A stretch of DNA of 64,000 nucleotides from Sporopachydermia quercuum (Eukaryota), in contig BCGN01000009.1 in assembly GCA_001599295.1 (NCBI GenBank), positions 726,413 to 790,412 on the forward strand, read 5' to 3'. Positions within the stretch are counted from its first letter, which is position 1. Each line of letters begins with the position of its first letter. The notes under the pieces were generated by a model. That model was not told where the DNA came from. It worked only from the letters and a program-made list of their open reading frames with translations, and did not search any database. A program made the position numbers and the translations under genes. This document shows, one piece after another, positions 1 to 11,881 of the stretch.

Positions 1-1611
1 GTGCTCTGCAATGCAGCTGCTTATAACGAAAGAAATAGAGACATTCTAGAGAAACATCTACAAAAAGATCAGCAGTTTGGTAAGGCCCTTCTNTGGATTT
101 ATTCTCAGGATGTGTCAACCAGTAACACCATCACTGAGGCCATCAACGAGGTATGCGATAGAGTAACTGTACTATTAAAAAACTATTCATTAGATTCGAA
201 GCAGCGAGGGAAAACCATTGGCGGATTCTTTATTCCCATTTTGAATCATTATATTTCAAGATTTCAGTATAACGCAGAAGAAAAAAACATAGATGAGATT
301 TTGTTAGGGGTAGAGCTACTAAGCGGAATACAAGAAGACAGAGGATCTGACATAACCAGCCAAAGTATTCTAATATTGGTTGAACTGTTTGATAGGACAT
401 TAGACGTTAAAAATGGTGATTTAACAAGCACTGACGAAGAATTACAGGATGAAACGTTTGAAATACTATTAGTATTAACTAAGTTCATCGAACATCTATC
501 AACTTCATATTACTATACATTTGAAACATGTCCTTCTAACGTGATTCAAGAGAATCTGTTTAGGATTCTGGCCAAGCTTGAAAATTTTTCATCACAGCGA
601 AATATGCTTAGGTATAACAGAAGTGTTTTGGCTATTATTGGTGGAATCTCTGCTAATATTGAGAATAGTAACATCGAAGACAGGAGCTTGGCTATTGGGT
701 ATATTGATGATAAGCATAATGGATATGTCAGTTCAGCCGCTATGACAATTCTGTCGAATTCAATATCCAATTCTGAAAGTAAAGATGCTGTTATTGGTTT
801 ATTAGAAACGACTAATGTGGCATCAGAGTCTAGCTTGAATAATGATACTAATAATGGCGTCATACAAAGAATAGTGGCTGCGGGAGAGACGTTCAAAGAT
901 CCAGTACTGTTGCAATCATATTTCCATTTATTGAAGAATACTCTCACTTTTGACACTATAAATGCTCTGGAGTCTCAGAAAATACAGGATTCTTTGTTAG
1001 CAGCTATAGAAACGTGCATGTTCAATATGAAGTACTACGGTGGATTAGGAGCATTATTGAACAGCTTTCTAAAGAAAATGGTAGCGATTGGCAATAAGAA
1101 AGTTATCACGATCTTGATTAGGAATCCTAAGTTTGACTCTGGTGTTTTAGACAATCCTAATTTCGACGAAAGCTTCATTGATATCGAATGCTTGCTGATC
1201 AATAAATTGGTGATCTTTTCTAAAGGTGCTACATCCTCAAGACTAACTGAAGAGCTTGTGTTCAAGAAATTGTTGAGGCAGTTTATTCCTCAATTGGGAA
1301 ATGCAGATACACTTTCCAANGACCCGCAGGGAGCACTTTTGCTGTTTGAATTTACCAAAACACTAGGAGTTCTCGTTGCTGACAGAAACATTAGAGAAGG
1401 GCTGCTGGAGACGTCAGAGAAGGAATTGACAGATTTCCTCAGTAAAATGTACAGAGTTTCACAGGATATGATACCCAATGATGGAAATCCTAGTAAAGCG
1501 TCTTTTAATACAATATTCGCTAACAATTTGCGGTTTATTGCTGGAAATATACTTGAAAGTTGTGTGCTTGAAACTATCAAAGGATTATGTAATCAGATAT
1601 TGAGGAGTTAA
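1..1611 (+). CDS. BEM4: Bem4/SmgGDS-like ARM-repeat Rho-GTPase-interacting protein (5' truncated by the window edge)
   Basis: Open frame from base 1. Helical protein whose segments LCNAAAYNERNRDIL, IIGGISANI, AAMTILSNSI and KDPVLLQSYFHLLK resemble the corresponding S. cerevisiae Bem4 segments as recalled. Confidence 0.6.
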   Translation: MLCNAAAYNERNRDILEKHLQKDQQFGKALXWIYSQDVSTSNTITEAINEVCDRVTVLLKNYSLDSKQRGKTIGGFFIPILNHYISRFQYNAEEKNIDEILLGVELLSGIQEDRGSDITSQSILILVELFDRTLDVKNGDLTSTDEELQDETFEILLVLTKFIEHLSTSYYYTFETCPSNVIQENLFRILAKLENFSSQRNMLRYNRSVLAIIGGISANIENSNIEDRSLAIGYIDDKHNGYVSSAAMTILSNSISNSESKDAVIGLLETTNVASESSLNNDTNNGVIQRIVAAGETFKDPVLLQSYFHLLKNTLTFDTINALESQKIQDSLLAAIETCMFNMKYYGGLGALLNSFLKKMVAIGNKKVITILIRNPKFDSGVLDNPNFDESFIDIECLLINKLVIFSKGATSSRLTEELVFKKLLRQFIPQLGNADTLSXDPQGALLLFEFTKTLGVLVADRNIREGLLETSEKELTDFLSKMYRVSQDMIPNDGNPSKASFNTIFANNLRFIAGNILESCVLETIKGLCNQILRS

Positions 1612-2128
1612 CATGGGCACAGGAGACGATACTAATGAATAAATGATGATGTGATATTATATTATTAATGCAAAGTAATACATGATTATGTAACCATATG
1701 ACATGTAACGTAGAATAGCAAGTGAACATCATATCTGCAAGTACGTAATCACTTAGTAAGCTGATTATAANAGCCATTTACGTCGATATTTTACCGAAAA
1801 TATCACCATTTTGTTCCATATAAAACCTTATAGTCAACCCTCTAGCTAATCCTTTCTTCGCCATACCTTCTGATGATATAATCACAAAACCCACCTTCTA
1901 CTAAGTTACCCTCCTCACGAACCGTAGGCACAAACCACAAAATTCACTTCTCATCACAATAACTAGCTGATAACAGGTATCCTTCCTTTTCTTCCTATCC
2001 ACTATAATCATCTACATACTTGTTAAGTTAATCAATCAAGCTAAAGTAAATTAACCATTTGGAACCATTCAATTGAACCACCAATAAGGGTTTTGCTTTG
2101 CATTTGACTTTAGATTGCCGTTTCAGAC

Positions 2129-5100
2129 ATGTCTTCTGTAAGTATAAGCTTAGCAATTGAACGGACGATTGGTTGTATGTGATGAGCAGTGCATAGGAGG
2201 TGATGTGACAGGAAGGGTAAAGAAACTCTGTGAATATTTAGTAAAATAAGACAGAAACGCTGAATTATCTGGCAAGTACGAACGGAGATACTTTGGTGCT
2301 TTTGATCCTGCTGATGATTTATTGCATTNTGCATTTCTGCTGTTGGCAGCAGCTTGCTAGTTGTGCATATAGAACGGTAGGTATGCGTTGACAGCAAAAT
2401 AAAGATAAGCGAACAGTTGAAAGTCTATAACATATTATTTGATACGATATTTTACACAGTGAAGGTGTATGCTATTTTGATGCTTGTAGTGCTGATTGCT
2501 GGTGATAAATCTGGTGGCAATAACACCGTATGCTATGCTAAGCAGCACTTGGTGTATGGTGATAGCCGAAGGATATGACGTTTGTATCCAAAAGCACTGT
2601 ACTGTATTATTGTATGTACAATAGTAAGCGATGATAAGCCATTAAATGCACTGAAATGTAATTGGATGGTTATATTTGCCATATGCTGTATGCTATCATA
2701 CCTGCTCAGAATGCTATCATCTGCTTAGTAATATCCAACCATGATGTGGTACAATGTTGATTTGTCATACTCCCAGTATGAAATTTACGTATTCAGACTA
2801 CTGATCATATCACACTGATGGTAAAAGCATATAAAGCAGAAAATGCTCTATATATTACTGCATGCTTACTGTTTTAATCTGCTCTATTGCTGTCTCCTGT
2901 TATCCAACCCATATGCTAGACTACAGCTGCTCATCTATTCAACCATCCATTACGAACTACCAAACTCACATACATTCATACTAATACTAACAAACTACAG
3001 GATACTAACAACATGCAGGTCGACACTCCTGATGGAGAAATCGACGAATCTCTATACTCCAGGCAACTCTACGTGCTCGGTAAAGATGCCATGCAGAAAA
3101 TGGGCAAATCCAACGTGCTTGTCATTGGATTAAAGGGCTTGGGCGTAGAAATAGCAAAAAACGTTGCCCTTGCTGGTGTGAAATCCATTGCTTTATATGA
3201 CCCAGAGCCGGTAGAATTAACAGACCTCTCCACACAGTTTTTCCTGTCCCAGGATGATATCGGCAAACCAAGAGCCGAGGCTACCCGAGCCAAACTAGCT
3301 GAACTGAATCAGTACGTTCCAGTGTCTGTTATCACTGGAGAGCTAAACGAATCTGTCATAGCTAACTACCAAGTAGTAGTCGCTTCTAATACACCACTGG
3401 AAACCCAGGTGAATATCAACAACTTCACACATAAAAACGACATCAAGTTCATCTCTGCTGACATCAGAGGTCTCTTTGGCCGCGTATTTGTTGATTTTGG
3501 TGATAAATTCACTGTTGTCGATGACACTGGGGAAGAGCCCGTCACAGGAATCATTGCTAGTATTGATGAGGAAGGGACTGTTACGGTCTCGGATGAAGCA
3601 AGACATGGTTTACACGATGGTGCTTATGTCAAGTTCACCGAGGTTGAAGGACTCGACATCAACGATGGAACCCCTTATGAAATCACCACCAAGGGTCCAT
3701 ATACTTTCACTGTTGATGTGTCTAAAATACTAGGCAAATATATCAAAGGTGGTATCTTCACTGAGGTGAAAATGCCCTTGGATTTGACCTTTGAGCCCTT
3801 GATCAAACAATTAGAAGCCCCAGAGTACCTTATCTCTGATTTTGCTAAGTTTGATCGTCCTGGGCAGCTGCATTTAGGCTTCCAAGCCCTGGAACAGTTC
3901 TTCAACAAATACAATTATTTCCCTACCCCTTTTGACGAGGAGCATGCTACAGAAGTATTGAAATTAGCTAGCAACCTCGCTGAACAGAACCCTGCCATTC
4001 TTGGTCAGGGACAAGAAAATGTTCCTGTGGATGAAAAGCTGATACGTGAGCTTGCTTACCAAGCAAGAGGAGATATCCCAGGTATGGTTGCGTTCTACGG
4101 AGGTTTGACCGCACAGGAGGTGCTGAAAGCATGCTCAGGAAAGTTCCAACCTATTAAACAATGGTTCTATTTTGACTCTCTTGAGAGTTTACCTGTTAAG
4201 TTCGCGAGATCCAAAGAACTGTGCGCACCTATTGGTTCTCGTTATGACAATCAAATTGCAGTGTTTGGTAAGGAAATGCACGATGCCATTACTAATCTCA
4301 AGGTGTTCCTTGTTGGAGCCGGAGCTATTGGTTGCGAGATGCTGAAGAATTGGGCAATGATGGGCCTTGGAACAGGTCTGAATGGCAAAATCGTTATCAC
4401 CGATATGGATTCTATCGAAAAGAGCAATCTCAACCGTCAGTTCTTATTCAGATCTAAGGACGTGGGGAAACAGAAAGCTGACTGTGCTGCTGCTGCTGTC
4501 ATTGCCATGAATTCAGATCTCAGGGGGAAAATCGACACTAAACTTGAAAAAGTGGCCCCCGAAACTGAATCCATCTTCAACGATGATTTCTGGCAACAGC
4601 TAGATCTCGTGGTGAACGCTTTGGACAACGTAGAAGCCAGACGATATGTTGATAGAAGATGCGTCTTCTACCAGCTCCCATTGCTTGAAAGTGGTACCTT
4701 AGGAACCAAAGGTAATACCCAGGTTATTCTTCCATTTGTTACCGAGTCCTATTCATCATCACAGGACCCTCCCGAGAAATCTGTACCCATGTGCACGTTG
4801 CGATCGTTCCCCAATAAAATCGACCACACTATTGGCTGGGCAAAATCTTTGTTCTTAGGATACTTTACTGACAATGTGGAAAGCGTGAATCTCTATCTTT
4901 CCCAGCCAGACTTTGTTGAAAGCACCTTGAAGAGAACAGCCGATCCTAAGAGCATTTTGGAGTCCATCAAGGATTATTTAGTAGATAAACGACCATTGAC
5001 ATTTGAGCAGTGCATCTCTTGGGCCAGATTGGAGTTTGAAGCCAATTTCAACTGGAACATCAAACAGCTGTTGTATAATTTCCCTAAGGATTCTGTCACT

Positions 5101-6078
5101 ACCACTGGCCAGCCATTCTGGTCAGGACCTAAACGTGCTCCTGACCCTTTGGAGTTTGATATCACCAATCCTGATCATTATGACTTTGTTGTAGCAGCGG
5201 CTAATCTTAGAGCTTATAACTACGGGCTCAAGGGCCGTTCAGATCGTGAGTTCTTTGAAGAAGTGTTGAAGAACGTAAAGATTCCCGAATTTACACCAAA
5301 GTCAGGCGTTAAGATTCAAGTGAATGAAAACGAAAACGACAATGACAACGCTGGCAGTGGGGGTGATCTCGACGGGGATGCTCTAGGCAATCTAGCCTCT
5401 ATTCTACCTCCACCAGCTACCCTGGCAGGATTCAGGCTCAACCCAGTAGAATTCGAGAAGGACGACGACACTAATTTCCATATTGACTTCATAACAGCTG
5501 CTTCCAACTGTAGAGCAATCAACTACTCTATTGAACCAGCGGATAAGAGCAAAACCAAGTTTATTGCTGGTAGAATCATTCCTGCCATTGCCACTACAAC
5601 TGCCCTTGTCACGGGTCTCATTTGCTTGGAACTATATAAAGTGCTTGAACGGAAAGACAGAAAGATCGACGACTATAAGAACGGGTTCATCAATTTGGCC
5701 TTGCCGTTCTTTGGCTTCTCGGAACCAATTGCTTCACCAAAGGAGAAAATAGGCAATAGAGAATTCGATAAGATTTGGTCTCGATTTGATGTTTATGATG
5801 GAGCTAAGATGACCTTACAAGATTTCTTGGATAAATTTGAAAAAGAGGAGAAGTTGGAGATCTCTATGTTATCATATGACACCAGCTTATTGTATGCTTC
5901 TTTTTTCCCTCCCAAGAAGACTAAAGAAAGAAAGGGTATGACGATGGTTCAATTGATCGAGGAAGTGTCCAAGAAGCCCCTTGCAGAAGGAATCAAGTCA
6001 ATAGTGTTGGAGTTCTGTGCGGACGATGAGAATGGCGAAGACGTGGAAGATATTCCATACTGTTGTTTGCATTTATAG
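2129..6078 (+). CDS. UBA1: Ubiquitin-activating enzyme E1; exon 1 2129-2137 (MSS), intron 2138-3000, exon 2 3001-6078
   Basis: [37 protein letters not shown], catalytic [34 protein letters not shown] donor at 2138, TACTAAC 2985-2991, CAG acceptor at 3000, all in frame with the 3013 ORF. Confidence 0.95.
2738..2822 (+). ncRNA. Candidate intronic box C/D snoRNA (target not identified)
   Basis: ACC-ATGATGT (box C-like, 2741-2747) ... CTGA (2815-2818)-TGGT. Terminal stem ACCA/TGGT, length 85 nt, internal hairpin TCATAC/GTATGA, inside the UBA1 intron. Confidence 0.45.
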
Positions 6079-7314
6079 GGATAGGTATCAATTTGGTGTA
6101 GTGGAATAGAACTGGATGAGAACTAGAAGAAGGAGCAAGCTAAAAAGAATAGTTGAGAATTAGGGATGTGAGATTTGCTCATTAGAATGACAGGATTATG
6201 CAATTGGTTACATTACGTATTATTTATTCATTCGTGAGTAACGGAGAATGAAAAATGTGGAGTCTGATAACAGATGATGTTGTGAGGTGTATAAATATTT
6301 GATAGATTGCGTTCTGATGTGATTATGATATAATATAGGTAAATGTAGGTAGTGGAAGTTATCTATATGGTTTATTACCTGGGTATTGTTGTTAGAGCTA
6401 TATGGTAGGTCTATGATCAAACTGAAGTAAGGACTTCCAGTATGTAATATATGTGTTACTTATGCAACTAATATGCTACTAATATACTGGTAACAATTTA
6501 TTAGATTCCTGCTATAATCTACTAATTTACTAACATCACTCATATTGTTATTTATTCATAGATAGTATAGAAACAGTTAATTGCTGTATCCTTTCGGAGT
6601 CAAAATCATTATTCCCTTATACTTTGATTTCATTATTATCATATAATACATTTTCTACTCATAAAGCTGCAATCGTATACATCCATATGAATCATTAAGT
6701 TCATTGCTGTTGTATGGAGTGTTGATAGTCAGTTACCGGAAAACTGGCATAAGATTAACAACTCCAGCGATTCTAAATAAAGTGGTAAATTTTGAATGAA
6801 AAGTTAGAACCTTATTAAAGTTGAGACTAAAATCATTTTGACTAAGGACCTAATCTGTTTCAAGCATTCAAATTAAAAAGAACTGATATTGGTCATTTTC
6901 CCACAGATGTTAAATGCCTAGTTATTTGTATTCAAACTGTGAAAGATTAAAATAAGCTAATATATGTTTCTCATAATAAATCTTCCTATAGTATGTTGTT
7001 CTCCCAAGGTATCCGCAGTCTTATTGGTGAGTGCAAAGGAATACCGGCTAAGTAAATGTATGGATAAGTGTCTTATTGAGCTGAAACACCTATTTATCAT
7101 TAGCTAAACGACGAATAGTATTACTGTCTTATTATACTATAGAGTAACTGAAATATATTGTATTCAAGTCAGAGCCTTTAATATAAATAATAAAACTGAT
7201 TATATCCCCTACTATAATGTATCTCCTTGCTTCTAGCTCTAGAGAACCATCATCTCTCCTTCTACTCCTACTCCTACTCCTATCATATTCCTATTCCTAT
7301 TCCCTTTCTTCTAT

Positions 7315-10300
7315 TTAATTTCCTTCAATAATCCTTCTTAACTCACTATCTTGCCTATTATACAATTCATTAAATCCTCCCTTCTCACACACTTTTCCAT
7401 CTTTTATAACAAATACCTCTCTTCCTATCTCCATCACTCTCCTATCATGAGTTACCATCACAATTGTTATGCCCGGTACATATTCCTGTATAATTCCTTT
7501 ACTTATCAAGGCAATAATCTTTCTTGCTGACTCAGGATCCAATGCTGATGTGAACTCATCTAGAAGCAATAACTTAGGCTTTCTTATAATACTTCTAGCC
7601 AACTGCAGCCTTTGAGCTTGACCCCCTGACACTAATGACACTTCACCAGCAATTCCTAATAATGAATTCAATCCTAGCGGTAGAGAAATTATGAACTGAT
7701 ATAAATCTACAAGCTTTAGCACTTCGTGGACGTCATCAATAGATATTCGCTCTTTTTCTTCTTCGGTTAAACCATAGAGAATGTTTTCATAAACTGTCCC
7801 TGGGAAGAAAACAGGAGACTGAGAGACAATGCTTAGATTCGCTCTCCAGGTTTTAGTATTGATGGTGTTTATGTCGACGTTTCTATTGTAGTAAATAGAG
7901 CCATTAGTTGGAAGATATAATTTAGAAAGCAAAGCAAGGATAGTTGATTTGCCCGAGCCTGATTTTCCAACAATACAGCTGACTGAACCTGAAGAGAAAG
8001 AAAAGGAAATATTTGATAGGACGCTGGAGGAAGACGATGGATAGGCAAATGATACGTTTGAAAAGGAAATAAAAGCATTGGAATGAGCAGAATTTAAGAA
8101 TTTAGTTTCTGAGATTGTAGGTTCTGAAGTGATAAAATGGTTGATAAAGTTAGATTTACCACGATTGCAGGTAGTATGGATAGGCATGGCAGTAGTAGTG
8201 GTAGCAGTGTCATTTTCCTTATTAATGCTATCATTCTTCATAATTTCAACGTTATCATCATTACTGTTTTCACCCTCCTCATTTCCCCACAAGCCACCGT
8301 CTAACATAAAAACCTCTAAAATATACTTAGCAGCCCTAAATCCTTTGCTAGCATCAGGGATATGACCAATGCATTCAGTTGCTGATATCATTGTAAATAC
8401 AATGAGAACAAAGGCGCTCATGATATTTTCAATATCTCCTGACTGGAATGTTATATCATTATTCCCATTACTGTTAACAATCTTAGCGCCATCTCCTATC
8501 ACCTTCATTGTATAGTATAATAAAGTTCCAACACAACCGAACATCAAGCAACCATTAATTCCTATCACCAAACCAATCAAAGTAGACCTCACAGTTTTAT
8601 TATTACCAATTTCTTTCTCTGCTTCATTCATTTTATGATTGAAATAGCTTTCTAAACCTAAGCATTTAACTGTTCTAATACTATTGACAGCTTCATGGAT
8701 TATCATCTCAACTTCCAGTACTCTTTTCCTATGCTTGTTTTCGTTCTTATTGAGAATAATCATGCAGCACTGAGAAGAAATGATAAAAACAGGAATAAAA
8801 GATAGTCCTACCAGAGCAATATTCCATTTAAGAACTAAAGACCAAATAATACCTAGAAGCATCAAAGTAACAGCACTGGTGATAGCACTTATTAATTCTA
8901 TTGTCACAGCTCTTAGATCTCTTATATCATTAAGAATAAGTGCAGAAATAGTATTTGGAGACTGCAGAAGATGGCAGGAGACTTCTTGCTTTAATAGTTT
9001 GTTTAAACATTGGATTCTCAACTTATGGATCCAAGATTCAGAAGCTTTGTTGAGAAAATATGATTTGAGGAATTGGAAGCTTCCATCACCAATTGCAACA
9101 GCTATAACAACCAGTGACCAAACTGTCATCTTATTAGTGTTATTATTAGTGGTAGTAGAAGAATTCTCTGCTACTAGATTTGATAAAAGCTTGGAGAATG
9201 TATAGGAGAAACAGGGATTGGCAATTCCATGAATAAAAGCAGATAATACACCAAATAGCAAAAGTTTTGAATATCCAAATGTAAACAAGTTGCCTAATAC
9301 TTGGGAAACGGTTGCTTGGTTCTCAGGATCAGTAGCACCAATAGCGTTGTTAGAGCTGTTGGAAGTATTTTCAAGAGAAACAATATCATCTGCAGACAGT
9401 TGTTTTTCATTAACAAAATAAGGTCTTTTGACTAAAAATTCAGACATTTCAATAGAAGATAATGAGTTCCTTCTACCATTGTTATCTCTTTTACTTGATG
9501 TCCTCTTGTTGATACGAGCTACAGTAGTAGGACTANTATAATTGTTACTACTAGTACGTCTGTTTGTAGGACTATTCTTGCTGCCTCTACTCAATTTTTG
9601 ACTGTTTGAATCTTTTTGAAAATATCCTTCTTTTTCTAGCTCTTTTCTTATCCCTTGTGCTAAGATCTCTCCATTTTTCATTATTATCACATTATCCTCT
9701 GGCTCTACTTGAGAATAATCATGAACAATAAATACTGTTGTTCCTCTTCCTTTTCTCCATTGTTTGATTCTGTTGAGTAAAACACTTGCGAGGTTTCCTT
9801 CTAGCCCACTGAAAGCTTCATCTAATAAAAGAATATTGGGATTACGTAGGAAAGCTATTGCAATAGCAATTCTTTGTCTTTGACCACCTGACACATTAGA
9901 TCCTTTGTTATTAACTTTAGAGTTTAGTCCATCTGGTAAACTATAAATAAAGTCGCTCAAACTTGCAAATTCAACTGCCCTTTTAAGAAGAGTTTCAGTT
10001 ACATTACCAGAAGTTTCTGTTTTCTCATCCTTCATTGCCCCCCATAGGAGGTTATTTCTTATAGTATCGTTGAACAAATAACATTCTTGCTGAATAAATG
10101 TTATATTTTGAATAAGAACTGAACGCGGAATGTTGTTTATATCAATTTTATCACTGAATGTAATAGTTCCTTGCGAAGGGGTATATAATTTCAGAAGTAA
10201 GCTTCCAATGGTTGATTTACCACTACCAGAAGAGCCAATAATGAAAGTTGGTTTTCCAACTGGAAGAGTGAAAGACACATTGTTTAAAACGTTGATATCG

Positions 10301-11559
10301 GGTCTTCCAGGATAGGCAAAGGAGATGTTGTTGAAGCTGATCGAAGATTTACAAGATATAGAAGACATATTAAATGTTGTAGGGTCCTTGAATGGATTGG
10401 AAATCATAGGTCTTGGAGAGTTTATATTAGTAGGGAGAGCGACTGTAGAGCTCTTAGCACTGAAAGAAGCATTAGAGTTGCTTATATGAAAGTCAAAGCT
10501 TTCTTTATTGGAATTATTACCTCCGCCACTCTCAGTACTAGAATTCTGCTTGATAGTAAGAACTCTCACACTAGTGTTTCCAGAACCTGCTAAGAATTCT
10601 CTTAATTTGTTGGATCCAACTATCGCTTTATTGATAGTAACAAAGTTAGGGGCCAACGTTCCAAACTGTTGTGCCGCCATTATACAAGACCAGAAAGTTG
10701 TCATAACATCTCCAGTTTTTGCTTCTCCGTGTCTAACTTGTTTTGATCCATACCAGAAGCCTTGAACAAACATCATTAATGCGAAAAATCTTAGTAATGA
10801 TAATTGTACGGAAACAACTAATGAAAGCTTATAAAACCAAGCAGAGCAGATATCAATCAATACAGAAAATTTGCTTAAATTCTCATTCTCACCATTAAAT
10901 ATTTTAATTAGCTTAAAAGAATTGACTGTCCAGTCAAGCAATTTTCCTGCTTGAATATTTGCTTCATTCTCATTGCTGGTGTACCGTTCAACGTACTTTG
11001 AACATATAATACTTATGATTAGGATAAGAGGACTTGTTGACAAAATAACAAATGTCAATGACCAGTTATAATAAAAGGAAGTAATCAGTAAGAAAATAAT
11101 ACCAGATCCCCCTTGAAGAGTACTGGGAAGTGCATCAGCAATACCTATTCTTAGCTCTTCAATACAACGCTGTAAGGAAGTAAGAGTTCCATTGCTATCA
11201 GAATTTAAATCAAACCATTGGATTTCCTTTGAAATTGAGGATTTATAAACCATTCTTCTCCCTCTTTTAGCAATTATTTCGCCATAGAAGACCCAGAAAC
11301 CTACTGCTGGTGCTATCACTAGAAACGCTCCAAGTCCTACAGACATCACAATGCCACAGTTTATAAGTACATCATAAAAGAATTGCTGTTTAGTTGATTG
11401 GCTAGATAGTAGTTCTTCCAGGTTATCAAACACTCTGCCCATTAAGATTGTAAGAGCTGCACTTGGAAGAGCAGATATGATCAATAAGATCGTTCCAACG
11501 ATAATGANAGGTAGGTCTTTCTTATCGAAGAAGATGTTAAGGTCCTTCAGGNCAGACAT
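7315..11559 (-). CDS. STE6: a-factor pheromone ABC exporter (ABCB full transporter, TMD-NBD-TMD-NBD)
   Basis: Two Walker A motifs (GSSGSGKST, GKSGSGKST), signatures VSGGQRQR and VSGGQAQR, Walker B LLLDE twice, RCIEELR motif. Convergent with UBA1, as in S. cerevisiae. First ATG is at 11559; the ORF-track extension to 11802 is probably not coding. Confidence 0.9.
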   Translation of the reverse strand: MSXLKDLNIFFDKKDLPXIIVGTILLIISALPSAALTILMGRVFDNLEELLSSQSTKQQFFYDVLINCGIVMSVGLGAFLVIAPAVGFWVFYGEIIAKRGRRMVYKSSISKEIQWFDLNSDSNGTLTSLQRCIEELRIGIADALPSTLQGGSGIIFLLITSFYYNWSLTFVILSTSPLILIISIICSKYVERYTSNENEANIQAGKLLDWTVNSFKLIKIFNGENENLSKFSVLIDICSAWFYKLSLVVSVQLSLLRFFALMMFVQGFWYGSKQVRHGEAKTGDVMTTFWSCIMAAQQFGTLAPNFVTINKAIVGSNKLREFLAGSGNTSVRVLTIKQNSSTESGGGNNSNKESFDFHISNSNASFSAKSSTVALPTNINSPRPMISNPFKDPTTFNMSSISCKSSISFNNISFAYPGRPDINVLNNVSFTLPVGKPTFIIGSSGSGKSTIGSLLLKLYTPSQGTITFSDKIDINNIPRSVLIQNITFIQQECYLFNDTIRNNLLWGAMKDEKTETSGNVTETLLKRAVEFASLSDFIYSLPDGLNSKVNNKGSNVSGGQRQRIAIAIAFLRNPNILLLDEAFSGLEGNLASVLLNRIKQWRKGRGTTVFIVHDYSQVEPEDNVIIMKNGEILAQGIRKELEKEGYFQKDSNSQKLSRGSKNSPTNRRTSSNNYXSPTTVARINKRTSSKRDNNGRRNSLSSIEMSEFLVKRPYFVNEKQLSADDIVSLENTSNSSNNAIGATDPENQATVSQVLGNLFTFGYSKLLLFGVLSAFIHGIANPCFSYTFSKLLSNLVAENSSTTTNNNTNKMTVWSLVVIAVAIGDGSFQFLKSYFLNKASESWIHKLRIQCLNKLLKQEVSCHLLQSPNTISALILNDIRDLRAVTIELISAITSAVTLMLLGIIWSLVLKWNIALVGLSFIPVFIISSQCCMIILNKNENKHRKRVLEVEMIIHEAVNSIRTVKCLGLESYFNHKMNEAEKEIGNNKTVRSTLIGLVIGINGCLMFGCVGTLLYYTMKVIGDGAKIVNSNGNNDITFQSGDIENIMSAFVLIVFTMISATECIGHIPDASKGFRAAKYILEVFMLDGGLWGNEEGENSNDDNVEIMKNDSINKENDTATTTTAMPIHTTCNRGKSNFINHFITSEPTISETKFLNSAHSNAFISFSNVSFAYPSSSSSVLSNISFSFSSGSVSCIVGKSGSGKSTILALLSKLYLPTNGSIYYNRNVDINTINTKTWRANLSIVSQSPVFFPGTVYENILYGLTEEEKERISIDDVHEVLKLVDLYQFIISLPLGLNSLLGIAGEVSLVSGGQAQRLQLARSIIRKPKLLLLDEFTSALDPESARKIIALISKGIIQEYVPGITIVMVTHDRRVMEIGREVFVIKDGKVCEKGGFNELYNRQDSELRRIIEGN

Positions 11560-11881
11560 GATGGAGAAACTGCGGTGGAAGTTAGAATGGTATATTGTGT
11601 TCGTTATTGGCAATTTTTTTCCTTTATGAATCTGAAAACTGCTTGTCACATCTATAATAATACATACTTTATGCCCTCGAAATGGAGATATAAACCAATA
11701 AGTCAAGGAGTTAACGAAGAAAGTACAGGGGAAAGGTTTGATTATATAGAGCAAGCAATGAGCTACAAAAGTATGCTTGAAAGGGCAAAACAAAAAGCAC
11801 ATCTTTCAAACAAGCAATTTCCAAATGGTTAATATTCTGATGATAAATTCTCCCTCNGAAAACATTTCTTTATTATCAATT

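Noticed and set aside
1642..1764. ATGATGA...CTGA pair downstream of BEM4
   Set aside because: AT-rich 3' UTR with no convincing terminal stem or rRNA guide.
11560..11802. 81-aa N-terminal extension of STE6 and the antisense 85-aa ORF 11575-11832
   Set aside because: Both start at non-ATG codons in the ORF track and lie in promoter/UTR sequence with no recognisable motif.
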